IMG/VR virus record: IMGVR_UViG_3300017909_004705
From: a virus
Taxonomy: Duplodnaviria > Caudoviricetes
DNA length: 64,000 nt
Direction: 5' to 3' (one strand)
This document shows positions 18,378 through 29,600 of this stretch, in pieces. A program made the position numbers and the translations under genes. Positions within the stretch are counted from its first letter, which is position 1; the number at the start of each line of letters is the position of its first letter. Below the pieces are notes generated by a model, which saw only the letters and a program-made list of their open reading frames with translations, ran no database searches and was not told the origin of the DNA.

Positions 18378-19791
18378 TCAGTATATTAACATTTTTATCA
18401 TGTATCTGTCTATCATGATCCTGCCAATTACTAAAAATATCTTCGCCGTGGTTGATTAGTTCTTGCTGTTCGCTTAATTCGAAGTAATCTGTGAATTCTG
18501 TTCCATTAATTATGATTCTTCTGTTTTCGTTACCGAACACATAAACAATCACTTCATCATCACCTAATGCAACACCTAGTCTACTGTCTTGAACCCGTAC
18601 CCATGCACCGTCTTCTTTGACCATGTGTGTGCCAGAAACTTGTATTCCATTGTAGTCATATAAGTTGTCTATCAAGAATTTACCTGTTGCGAACACTTTG
18701 CCTCCTACTGAAACCTCATCACCTATGTCAACTTGCTCGACCGGTTTCAAAGAACCGTCTGCCATGGATATCATGGTGCCTGCTATGAAACAACCACCGC
18801 CCGATCCTGTAGAACCTGATGCTGATCCTCCTGATGCGTTTCCAAACCCTGCTGATGTGCTTATGAAGTTTATTCCGCTGTTGAACAATGCCTTCCAAGA
18901 ACCACCAATTTTAACATATCCTGCTGTTATTCTTTTCCATACATTGTTGACTTTGAAGAAAGCGTCATTGATGCCTTTCCATGTGCCACCAACTTTAAAT
19001 TTACCTTCTACACTTGTATTGAATATCACTACTGCAAGACCGTCTGCTCCAGATCCACTAGGATTGCCGCCTACTGCAACTCCTGATTGATAGTAGGCAT
19101 TATCTGTTCCGCCTGGTGTTACTCCAGAACCGTTGCTTTCTGTGCCACCTGCCGCTGTGTTTGATCCTGATGTACCACCGGTACCACCGTTGTCACCTGA
19201 ACCACCGTTACCACCAGTACCTCCGTCAGTACCCCCTCCACCGGCACCTGCACCACCTCCGTCTCCAGAGTGTCCTGCACCGTTTTCTCCCAGTGTGCCT
19301 GGTGAGTTAGATGTTGCTGAATTTGAGTTGGAACCTGATGTACCGTTCGAGGCAATACCAGCACCTGCTCCACCACCGCCTCCTCCAGCGGTTGCTATTT
19401 CGTTTCCGTCGACTAATACTACTGTGGCACCTCCGCCACCGCCGCCTGAGCCTGATGAACCACGTGGACCTGATGAACCACCAGTACCACCCGAGTACCC
19501 TGCTATGCTTTTGCCGTTTGTTCCACCTGGGGCACCACCGCCACCACCTCCACCGGCTCCACCGCCGCCTACTGCGACAGTCATTGTCTTGCCAATGTTG
19601 GATGTCATTGAAATTGCTGTTGCAGAAACGTGATGTCCTGCGGCGCCTGTGCCTCCCGGGCCACCTCGGTCACCGCCACCACCGCCACCAGCGCCACCCC
19701 ATAGGTGTACGTCAATTGATTGTGTGCCAGGTGGTATTTCGACCTGTCGAAGTGTTCCTGAGTATAAAAAAGTATTAACTATTGCCGCCAT
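18370..19791 (-). CDS. Glycine-rich adhesin/fibre-tip protein with C-terminal Hint (Hedgehog/intein) domain
   Basis: LWGGAGGGGG poly-Gly repeats, KVGGTWK/KVNNVWK/KIGGSWK repeats, then GGG|CFIAGTMISMADGSLKPVEQVDIGDEV (Hint block A) and SGTH (block B-like). Confidence 0.8.
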   Translation of the reverse strand: MAAIVNTFLYSGTLRQVEIPPGTQSIDVHLWGGAGGGGGGDRGGPGGTGAAGHHVSATAISMTSNIGKTMTVAVGGGGAGGGGGGGAPGGTNGKSIAGYSGGTGGSSGPRGSSGSGGGGGGATVVLVDGNEIATAGGGGGGAGAGIASNGTSGSNSNSATSNSPGTLGENGAGHSGDGGGAGAGGGGTDGGTGGNGGSGDNGGTGGTSGSNTAAGGTESNGSGVTPGGTDNAYYQSGVAVGGNPSGSGADGLAVVIFNTSVEGKFKVGGTWKGINDAFFKVNNVWKRITAGYVKIGGSWKALFNSGINFISTSAGFGNASGGSASGSTGSGGGCFIAGTMISMADGSLKPVEQVDIGDEVSVGGKVFATGKFLIDNLYDYNGIQVSGTHMVKEDGAWVRVQDSRLGVALGDDEVIVYVFGNENRRIIINGTEFTDYFELSEQQELINHGEDIFSNWQDHDRQIHDKNVNILNA

Positions 19792-19795
19792 GGGA

Positions 19796-21235
19796 TTAGC
19801 TCTCCCTTACGAACCAAAGATCCCCGTTTGAGCCTTGACCAGATGTAGGTGCTGAGGTCTCAACGTATCTGTTACCTGCTATGCTGTTGCTACCGTCGTC
19901 GGATATTGTAGAGCCACCCCATAATTTTAGTGATTTGGTTACCTGCCCTAGCGTTGTTACATCTGCACTTGTTGTTGACGATGAAGAAGTGATGTCAGAT
20001 CCAACAGCGGCCAATGTCAATGTCGTGACTTTAAGGTTACCTGTTGACGAATCTGTTATCAGAGGTTTTGTGCCTTTGTTAGCATCACCGTCGTCTGTCG
20101 CGTCTAACAGTCTTAACACTTGCGAGTATGTTCCACCTGAACCTGCTGTCCAGTGGTTCTCAGATGCGTCCCAGAATATTCTTGCGTCATCTGTGTCTGG
20201 AGTCTCAACTATGAATCCTGCATCAACGTCTCCACCACTGGAGTTGACCTTGATGAATGTGTCTGTGTGTTCTGATATGTTGGATGAAGTGTAACTGTAT
20301 GCACCACTAACATTCAAATTTCCTGTGATTGTCACATCACCTGTGATGTCAACACCACCATCGGCACCTGTCAATGTCAAAGGTGTTTTTGTGCTACCAC
20401 CATCGTTGACTGTGAATTTTAGATCCTTGTCCTGTGATGTCTGTGCAATAGTGACATCATTGCTCGAAACTGAAATTGTCAATTCTTGTGCGTCACCTAC
20501 CACAACTCCTGTGTCATTGTCTACCGTCAATGACCCTGTTGTAGTGTCATTGGCATCCGCTCTCAGAAAGTTACCACCGGCTATGACCGTGGCTGAAGTG
20601 TTTGACGTGCCTGAAACATCTATGTTTGCCGCCTGTGTGTTGGTTCCTTCGAACACCGCACTCAAAGTCGAGTTCAGTGTGAAGCCTGCTTTGATCTCCG
20701 CAAATCCCGACTGTGACACACTTGGTGTGAAAGTTTCTTTGGAAAGTATCGCCACCCTAGTGTTGCCCACGTACATCGAAGATACGACCTTGTCTCCACC
20801 TGCACTAGCCAGTGTCTCGATCTTCCAACCTGACAGTGTCTGCCCTGCTGTGTATACTGGGCCAACCAGCACGAATGCTGATCCTGTGTACACATACAGT
20901 TGGTCATCTGTTGAATTGTGCCAAAGATCTCCTGCTGATGCTGAAGTTGGTGCTGATGCCTGGGACTTCGCCGCACCCGTTGGTTTGAATGCTGATCCGT
21001 CGTAAACTTTCAACTGTGCTGTGTTGGTGTCGAACCAAAGTTCACCCCTCAGAGGTGAAGTTGGAGCCGACGTGCTGGCCGCGTTTTCCAATAATTTTAC
21101 TAAATTTTCGTTAAGGCCTTCACCAAAACCCGAGAAGCTCTTTCCAAACAACTGCAACGAAGTGGTGTTATCGACCGTTCCGTCCGTGATTGTTGTTACT
21201 ACTGTTCCGTCTGTTTTGTTAATTGTGTACGCCAT
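19796..21235 (-). CDS. Tail fibre/baseplate fibre protein (paralog)
   Basis: MAYTINKTDG...GFGEGLNENLVKLLEN...GELWFD; C-terminal APTSGQGSNGDLW. Confidence 0.75.
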   Translation of the reverse strand: MAYTINKTDGTVVTTITDGTVDNTTSLQLFGKSFSGFGEGLNENLVKLLENAASTSAPTSPLRGELWFDTNTAQLKVYDGSAFKPTGAAKSQASAPTSASAGDLWHNSTDDQLYVYTGSAFVLVGPVYTAGQTLSGWKIETLASAGGDKVVSSMYVGNTRVAILSKETFTPSVSQSGFAEIKAGFTLNSTLSAVFEGTNTQAANIDVSGTSNTSATVIAGGNFLRADANDTTTGSLTVDNDTGVVVGDAQELTISVSSNDVTIAQTSQDKDLKFTVNDGGSTKTPLTLTGADGGVDITGDVTITGNLNVSGAYSYTSSNISEHTDTFIKVNSSGGDVDAGFIVETPDTDDARIFWDASENHWTAGSGGTYSQVLRLLDATDDGDANKGTKPLITDSSTGNLKVTTLTLAAVGSDITSSSSTTSADVTTLGQVTKSLKLWGGSTISDDGSNSIAGNRYVETSAPTSGQGSNGDLWFVRES

Positions 21236-21259
21236 TTCTTATATTTACCTCATCTTTTT

Positions 21260-22960
21260 TTAATTTAGAACCGTCTGACTTGTAAAATAAGTTTGTGTTT
21301 CAAAACTGAAAATTACAAACATGTGTTTGCCGTTAGTAGTTGAACCATCACCGACTGTAACAGTGGACTGGGTTACCCCATCTACCTGAAATACTATTTC
21401 CCTAATCGTTGCTGTCTGTGTAACTACTGTTAAGAATTTTATTGTTCCGTTTTGAATATTTGTAAAATTCAAGGTAACGTCAGCGTTTACAAACACTTCG
21501 GCGTATCTTGAATTAGACATGTCTATAGTTTGATTAGTTGTAACTCCAGCACTAATTGTTCCTTTAGACTGAACTTCACCAATTATGCTGTCTGCTGTGA
21601 AATTTCCTTGAACTTGTAAATCATCGTTAATCGTCACAGCACTTGAATCTGTTGCACTTAATGACGTGCCTGTTATAGATAATCCGTCAAGCACAACCGC
21701 ACCTGTTCCTGAACCTTTTAGCACAAGGTTGTCATTTGATCTACTTGCTACTATCTCATTATCATTTATCGTTACACCTTGGCTTTTAATCTCTGTTGCA
21801 TCTAATGTGTCAAAGAACGCTGTTGCGAATCTATTTCCGTCTGTACCTAAATTGTGTGTTGAATCTGCACTTGGCAATATGGCTTCTGAGTTTAATGTTC
21901 CTGTAAGAGTACCTCCAGTTAATAAAAGGTTGAGACTTGCTGAGCCTGTCACTGTCCCTGTAACATCTCCTGTTACGTCACCTGTTACATCTCCTACCAC
22001 GTTTCCTGTTATAGGTCCTGTGAATGCTGTTGCGTTTACTGTGCCTGACACATCCAGTTTTGTGGTCGGCGTTAATGTGCCTATCCCTATCCTGGCCACC
22101 GATCCGTCCATTGTCATCAGCGTGGTTGTTGTACCGCCTGTGTTGACTTTGAAGGTGATATCTGAATCTGATATGATGTTTTGCATCACTACACCACTGC
22201 TGTCAACAGTCAGTGAGAGATCGTTGTCAACTCCGACCTTGAGTCCGTTATCATTGAGAATTCCTAAAGTTCCTGTTGTGGTATCATTGGCGTTTGATCT
22301 GAGATAATTGGCCGCCGCAACTCCACCTAATGCATCTGCGTCTGTTGACGTGCCTGCAAATTTAAGATCTGATATTGACGTTGATAATGTGATACCTTTC
22401 TTGATTGAAGCAAATCCTGATATGGCCGCTTTTGGCGTGAATTCATCTTCAGATATAATTGCGATCAGGTTTCCGTTGTTAAACAATTTTGTTACATTCT
22501 GATCTGTGTCAGTGTCGTCTGTTATGGTTTCAAATGTGAACCCGTTTGTGTTGGCACCGGCTGAAGTGTTTGGTCCAATTAATATATTTGACGTTCCGTT
22601 GTAGAAAAAAAGTTGTGCTGTGTCTGAATCTATCCAAAGATCACCTGTAACTAGATTGGAAGGTGCGGTTGGACCATACGGCACAGTGTTACCTGCAGGC
22701 ACGAAGTTCGAGCCTGTGTAAACTTTTAGTTGTGAAGCACCACTGTCATACCATAACTGTCCTTGAATAGGTTTGCTGGGTGCCGAGCTGTTGGCAAAAT
22801 TTTCTAAAAGATGTAAAAAGTTTTCGTGGATTACCTCACCATATCCAGCATAACCTCTTCCAATGAATTTGAGATCAGTCTGTGTGTTCAGCACACCATC
22901 CTGGACGGTGTAAGAGCTGGGCGAAGCAGAACTATTTGTCTTGTCAACTGTGTATGCCAT
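21260..22960 (-). CDS. Tail fibre/baseplate fibre protein (paralog)
   Basis: Same N-terminal module, RIGIGT..P...LDV motif, GDVT repeats. Confidence 0.75.
   Translation of the reverse strand: MAYTVDKTNSSASPSSYTVQDGVLNTQTDLKFIGRGYAGYGEVIHENFLHLLENFANSSAPSKPIQGQLWYDSGASQLKVYTGSNFVPAGNTVPYGPTAPSNLVTGDLWIDSDTAQLFFYNGTSNILIGPNTSAGANTNGFTFETITDDTDTDQNVTKLFNNGNLIAIISEDEFTPKAAISGFASIKKGITLSTSISDLKFAGTSTDADALGGVAAANYLRSNANDTTTGTLGILNDNGLKVGVDNDLSLTVDSSGVVMQNIISDSDITFKVNTGGTTTTLMTMDGSVARIGIGTLTPTTKLDVSGTVNATAFTGPITGNVVGDVTGDVTGDVTGTVTGSASLNLLLTGGTLTGTLNSEAILPSADSTHNLGTDGNRFATAFFDTLDATEIKSQGVTINDNEIVASRSNDNLVLKGSGTGAVVLDGLSITGTSLSATDSSAVTINDDLQVQGNFTADSIIGEVQSKGTISAGVTTNQTIDMSNSRYAEVFVNADVTLNFTNIQNGTIKFLTVVTQTATIREIVFQVDGVTQSTVTVGDGSTTNGKHMFVIFSFETQTYFTSQTVLN
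21945..22020 (-). repeat. 12-nt/4-aa G[DNT]VT repeat in fibre shaft
   Basis: GPITGNVVGDVTGDVTGDVTGTVTG. Confidence 0.7.
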
Positions 22961-23685
22961 TAGTATCCTGTGTTACCGCCTGAAGTAGTGCCGCTCACTG
23001 TGTTTGAAGTTGTCAGTGCAGTGGAACTAGTCTCAGTAAAAGTAGTCAAACTTTGTATCCTTAGTGTGTAGTCAATTTGTATTAATCTGTTCAGTGATTT
23101 CTGCACTGGATGAAATACAACGTGTGTTAAAAGTTTATTGGTTGAACCATTCTCTGTACCTTCCCAACTTTTCAATCCAAGTTCGTCAAATACAAAATCG
23201 CCATTGAAATCCGTTGTGTTGTCGAATGCCGCCTGGCCTGTGGGCTCACCGTAGTCCAAGGTGCAAGTGCAAACTATGTCAGTGTACTTGTTTCCTGCTG
23301 TGTGTCTCACTTCCATCTTGTTTCTAGTGGTGTCCTTGTTTGTTGCCGAATTGTCATCTATTACTTTGTAATAAGTCTGATTGTAAAGACTTGCGTTGGT
23401 TCCTGTTGAGTTAGGTGTAAGATAAGTTATAATTCCTGTGGGATCAACACTGGTTCCACCGTTTCCAAAAGCCATTTCATGCACAAAGCCTGTGCTTTTA
23501 TTAGCCAATGAATTGGCCAACGCCTGAGACATGTTTTCATAATGAATTGCATTTCTCTTATCAACGATCACTTCTCCAGTGTCTGGATCAAAGATCTTGA
23601 TGTGGCCAGTCATCATAACGCCTGTGTTATCCTGTGGCTTTTTGTTCTCTTCTTTTGTTTCTGTTGGTTTGTTGTCCTGTGTCAT
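22960..23685 (-). CDS. Baseplate-associated structural protein
   Basis: GHIKIFD...NAIHYEN...FVFDELGL...LLTHVVFHPVQKSLNR; sits between the giant baseplate gene and the fibres, with TAAATA upstream. Confidence 0.6.
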   Translation of the reverse strand: MTQDNKPTETKEENKKPQDNTGVMMTGHIKIFDPDTGEVIVDKRNAIHYENMSQALANSLANKSTGFVHEMAFGNGGTSVDPTGIITYLTPNSTGTNASLYNQTYYKVIDDNSATNKDTTRNKMEVRHTAGNKYTDIVCTCTLDYGEPTGQAAFDNTTDFNGDFVFDELGLKSWEGTENGSTNKLLTHVVFHPVQKSLNRLIQIDYTLRIQSLTTFTETSSTALTTSNTVSGTTSGGNTGY

Positions 23686-23694
23686 CTAGTGTAT

Positions 23695-26600
23695 TTATTC
23701 AGGTGCGTTTGTGGGCTCATCCGCTATGAATTTAGCCTGTTGAGTGGTCGACGCCTGTAATCCTCTACCATCTGCTGGATTACCATCTTTGGCTGTATAC
23801 CAGACCTGTCCTTTCTTGTGTAATATTTTGATCTGTGTGCCTGAAGCCGGTGCTGTGCTTAGAGTCACTGCTGTCGAACTTCCGTCCACAGAATAGTTTA
23901 TAGTTGATCCATCCTCGCTAGTGAGCAACAATCGTTGGCCACCAATGAATATGTCTAACTCACTAGCGGAGGCTGGTGCTTGTGATAGTGCAAACACTGT
24001 TGTACTGCCATCACCTGTGAAGGTGTTGGTGTAAACTGTGTCCGCGTAAGGGATGGTTTGAGTACCAGACGCATCTACCACTTCCGTGCCTGATCCATGC
24101 TCCTTAATTCCTGTTCCAAGTGTTCCACGTTTAAGTTGTCCCAACGTGTTACTTGATTTTGTGAAATATTCTATTCTCTCTTTGTCAATAAAGATAACCC
24201 CCGGTATTATTGTTTGAACTGAAGATCCGTCTCTACTGATAATGCTTTTTGGATCTGGTAACAATGATCCGTCTTTGACAGTGATTGTTTTGATACCTGG
24301 TGTCATGTCTTGTGTTAATGTCGTAGTTGCAGTTTTAGAGATTCGTTTGTAGAAAGTCCTGTTCAACATGTCTTTGAATATCCTGAATCCTGTGGCATTT
24401 ACTGCTGAGTCAACAGCAAAGTACAACACATCCAGCCTGTCAGAGGACGTGATAGTTCTTCCGTTGATGGTTAAAGTGTTACCGCTAACTGTGTAGTCAC
24501 TACCCTGTAATAATTGTTCACCGTTGAGCCAAACAAAAGTGTAACTGGCATTAAGTGTATCAAATCGTAGTTTGAAAACTCCACTGCTTCTACCCTCTAG
24601 AACTTCTCGTCTCTGTTTCATGCCTAAAGCATTGTTGAAAGTAGTGACTGATAAAGTGTCACTTGCACTTAATGAATATGGAGATGTGATTGCACTTGGC
24701 ACAAGAACCAAATCAGCATCAGCACCACCGTCAACGAAATACTGATGGTCGACTAGTGTAGATATACAAATAACGTCAGTCGATGATGGCACATTCGCTG
24801 TGTTAAAATTAACGTTTTGATTGCCTATGTCCACAGTGTAATGAGTGTTTAAGATTTTTTGAACTCCATTGACAAAAACTTCTACTTGACTTGCTGATGA
24901 AATGGTCTTGGCCGGATCAACAGTAGAATCATCTTCAAGTCCTGCTAACACGCTATAAGTGTAAGTGCTTCCGTCACCTAGATAGTAAGTGTTATCCGGT
25001 CCTCGTAACAGCCTACCATTTAGTTCCACAGTTGTCAGTCCAGATAAAGGACCTATTGCTCCAGGTGGATACGTTAATGCATATCTATTGGTTGATCCAT
25101 CATAAGTTATTGACTCATTACGAACACTGGCAAAACTTCTAGTTGATGTTGTGGACTTGTTGAATCCTGCTATCTGCACAAAGGCATCTGCTTCTGGTGG
25201 AGTGTTGAATGTTACAGTGATTGTGTTTGCACTAATCGACGTTGCGTATGCTGTAGTTGGCACTCCGTCTATTGTCACATAGATATCAGATGATGTTGAA
25301 TCAAGATTGAACTCACCCCTGGTTGACGTCAAGAACGCTGTCGTGCTTCCGTCACCAGTGAATGTGTTAAGCACTCTGTAGTTTTCTCCAGATATGGCAA
25401 AGACCTTAGTTGATATTTCACTATGGTTTGCAGGTGCTGTGTCAAATGTAATTGTTTTGTTAGCAACGTCGATGGTGTAGTCTGATATTGTTGAGTCCAA
25501 AGCACTGCCTTTTTGAATCACTCCATCTACTGCTACTGTCACTGATCCCAGTGATCCTGGGAAATCTCCTATGCTGAACACAGTTGTAGTTCCGTCTCCT
25601 CTGTAGTTTCTCTCAGATATAAATGGAACTCCAGACTCTGGCGAGGTATAGACTTTTATGTCCACTGTGTCGAACATCTGTCCTGGCACAGTTTCTTCTG
25701 GTGCGTAACTCGTATCAGGAGAAACAAACTGATCGCCCTCTAAGACAATGTCACTTGGTGCATGACCAAGTGCCGATGTGAAAAGTCCGCCCTTCACGAT
25801 AGAATCGATTGTCCTATCATCTGTCGGAGTCAACACACCGTCATCATCGAAAGGAATAAATTCAACTAATGCGTTCGCTTCTGGAGTTTCACTGATGCCA
25901 AATGTGACCGTTGATCCATCACCTCTGATGACATCGGGAAGTTTTTTCCTTGTACTGTCGTCCTGTGTGATGTAAACTTGAAAAACTTCTGTTGTGGCCG
26001 GCGCAGTGTCAAATGTGTAATCGTTATTGATGCCATCTGCTCTAAATGCCTTGATTCTAGATCCGCCAAATGTGTCGAATGGGAAATCATACCAGCCCGA
26101 TTTGTCCCATCCTGCTTCTTGTGAAAACAATAATCCTGTGACCATTGTTCCGCCATAGTCAACACCTGACATTACCTGATCTAACTCGTTGCCTGGCATG
26201 CCTGCTCCTGGTGTGTAAAAACCTTTTGTTCTGTCAGCGGCCGTAAGTCCAGTTTCATCGCCGTACACCTTGTACACACTGCCGACGTTGTCGTCGAAGT
26301 CTGTTGATGACGTGAATGCATTGGTCACTTTGTAAAGTTGGTTGTTGTATCTCAGTAGGTCATTGTAAGCATAGTTTGTGTTGGACGCCCAGTCTACAAC
26401 TCTAGATGTGCTGGAAACCCTGTCAAATTTTATTGTGGTGTCAAAATCTCTTACCAGGTCGTTGGCGAGATTAGCATATGCTCTTGCTGTGTCTGACGGA
26501 GTTGAACCGTCATCGGCACCACCCGTGATAACCACCATTGGAGTGGCTGTGTAATTAGATCCTTTGCCTGTTAGTGTAATTTTTGTTACCTTACCGTCTT

Positions 26601-29600
26601 GTATTGTTGCTGTTGCCGTGGCCGCAGTAATGTCTGGAGTCTCATACATTTTGTAGGCACCCGATCTAGTGCTGGTAGGAGTGATAGTTGTACTTGGACC
26701 ATAAAACAGTCCAGATAAGCCGTCGAAGCCGTAGGTGTTTGTGGTTCCCGAACCTCCGTTTTGACTGTCCCATATTTTTGCTTGAGTCTCACTACTGAAC
26801 AAAGGATAAAAGTAACCGTAACTGCCTGATGTTGAACCTCTATTACTAGTTGCTTGGATCTGGAATGGCCCTGTTGATGCCACCGTACCACCTACTATGT
26901 TTACTGTAGGTGTCTTGGTGTATCCGGATCCACCATCAAAAACTGTTATTGATGAAACATATTTCTTGTGGTAATCGTTCCACATCTGCCATGGGTATTC
27001 AGTCAACTTCGCAGTGTCTAGACTTACATTCAACGGTCTTATTTTTCCTGTACTTGCGTCATAGAAAGTTGGATTGTCAAAGTCTGTGTATATACCGTCT
27101 TGCGTTTCTGTCTTATCATAACCAAGTCTATACTCTCGCAGTTTAGTATGGAAAGGTTTGACTTCGTTTATGTAATCTTCTATCCAATCATCCGTTCCAG
27201 TTGTGTAGGTTTTTCTCTGGTCCAGTTCACGCACACTGTTTTTTGCGTTGATAAATGAAGTTTTAAACATCCAGTCTACGTAAGTTTGCTCTGCGAGAAC
27301 TTTTCTCAATCCTGTAAAGAACAAAGTGTTGTATTCGATAGCAAGGTTGTTGATAAACAAGTCATCTCTTAAGGCAGTGAGAATATTTCTTGTTTCAATG
27401 CTTGGCTGTTGGTCAAAGAAGTTGTCGTCGAAATTGTCTGCTCCGGCAAATCCTGTTGCGTCCTGCGAATAGTCATAAAGTTTAGTGCTGAGCCTTATTG
27501 TGCCATTTTCTGTACCAACATTTTTGAAACCTGTGGCCGTTTTCATGAACAATTTCCAACCACCTGTGTCCGCGTTTGTTACCTTTACGTGTTTTCCGAT
27601 AGCCAGGTCAAGTGTGTCAAGCTCATACTGGAAGGTGACTTGTTTGTCAATCTTCGTGTTCTCGTCGTGGGTCATTGTGCCGTCTGTGTCGTACCAATCT
27701 GTGTAACTCCAGTACGCACTAGTGTTATAGGTCTGTAGTTTTGTTCTCATGAATTCTGTGCCGTCCCATGTGTATATTGCCCAATAGTTGTTGGCCGTTT
27801 CGTCTGCCTTGACCAAATATCTCACACTGCCTGACAAGTCTGCCGTGTTAATATAGGTCAACTCAGCGTATGTGTCAATCGTTGCGTCCCATTCACCACT
27901 CTGTTGCGTTGGCTCAGGCTCCTTCTTGTCTAGGTTGCTTAAATTTATCGTTCCGCTCAACTGATTTTTCTTCAGCACGGTGTTTGCGTAATCTATGATT
28001 TCTTTCAAAGCGGCGTATCTGTCAACGTACCAACTCTGCCTAGGCCTTACATTGTTACCATATCTCTCATTCACAGGTGAGTTAGGGTCAGGCACTATGT
28101 CGCCTGTGCTGTTTGAGCCAATCAAAGAGTCCCACCAACGTGTTTCAACTTGGTGTCCAGGTTTGAAATCGGCATCTCCCTCTCTGGCCAACTTCCAGAC
28201 GCTGTGTGCATCACCATCAAAGTCATTTGTCCTTATGTCAACGTTTAGCACGATGTCATCCCCGACAAGGTCATTCACGTTGTAAATCTGTAATTTGTTG
28301 GTGTCCGTTACCGCGTAGTACTTGATGTCAAATGCACTTGGGTTCGCGATAAGATTCGCCACGTATGCCACTGTGTTGATCCTGTGTCCTGCTCGGTGCC
28401 TATGCCTGTCTCCGCCTGAACGTGGTGGCAATGTTGTTTTGCCTTTGACCCAATAGTAATAGACATTGACAAATCTATCTGCCCTTGAATCATATATTTG
28501 TTTTACCGTGTACTGTTCATCGTTGCCATACAGAGCGGTGCCGGTCACTACTTGATTAGTCTGTCGCCTTAAGTTCCATTCACTTGGCAACAGCCTTGAC
28601 TCTGTCCATTCATACACATCGATACTTGAGCCTGGGAAGGTTCTTCCCCAGTTGTTGTTCTTGTATTCCTGTCCGCCTTGCTCGTACCATAGCCATTTTA
28701 CAGTTGAAAGATCCCACCATACCTCACCTAAGTGATCCTCTGCCCATGGTGTTTTGCTGTTTGCATTATCCCCAACATTGTAGGTTGCTGGATCCCATGC
28801 TGTTTTGATGTCAATCTCTCTGTCTGCCAGTCCCAAAATTCTTCCTTTGACAGGATCATAAAGATCATAATAGTCTCTTATCTGTTTGCTTTTGTTGTTG
28901 AATTCGAACACCTGTCCCAACTTGCTGACGTCTATGAAAGCAGTTTCTGACGCTATGTTCTTCCATGCGAAACTGCCACTGGTTGTCAAATCATATCTTA
29001 TGACTGTTCCGTCATTTTCTACTTTGGTGCTTCCGTCTGATGTCGTGTTCCCGTCGTCCTGTGGAGCACCTACCAACACTGTGTTGTCTATCATGCAAAC
29101 GCCACGCCCAAAGTCATCGTTCTCCGAAACGCTGTCTCCTTCAAGCATGTCATCTATTACAAATTTTGAATTGTACATGGTTGCCGTGAATGCACCACCC
29201 GAACCAATGTTTAGGTCCACCACGTCAGTGTCCTGCAAGTCGAAAGTTGTTTCACCGGAGTCAAATTTCATTTCTCTGTATGTCGCAAATCTTTCAGCAC
29301 CTATCACTATCCTGTTGCCCGACTGGTTGATGTCAAGGCTGTTACCGAACTTCATGTTGTTCTGTGTCTCTGGTGCCTTAATAGTCTGTTGAAGTGTGTA
29401 AGTGTTTGTTGATCCATCAGCGTTCCATTTGTAGTAGTACACTGCTCCACCATCTATCTGACTAGTGCTACCGTCATCTACTCCTGGTGCTCCTATTATC
29501 AGCGTGGTTCCGTCCTTGCTCATAGCCATCGACTCCCCAAACGCGGTGTTGAGAGAAGATCCATCACTTGACACTCCTGTCAATGTCTGTGCCAAAACAA

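Noticed and set aside
18370-18792. Classical splicing intein or mobile element
   Set aside because: No C-terminal His-Asn plus nucleophile, no C-extein and no endonuclease domain; treated as a cleavage-type Hint domain.
19116-19831. Several Pro-rich and other alternative-frame ORFs over the Gly-rich gene
   Set aside because: They are antisense or off-frame shadows of GGN codon runs, with no Shine-Dalgarno or independent signal.
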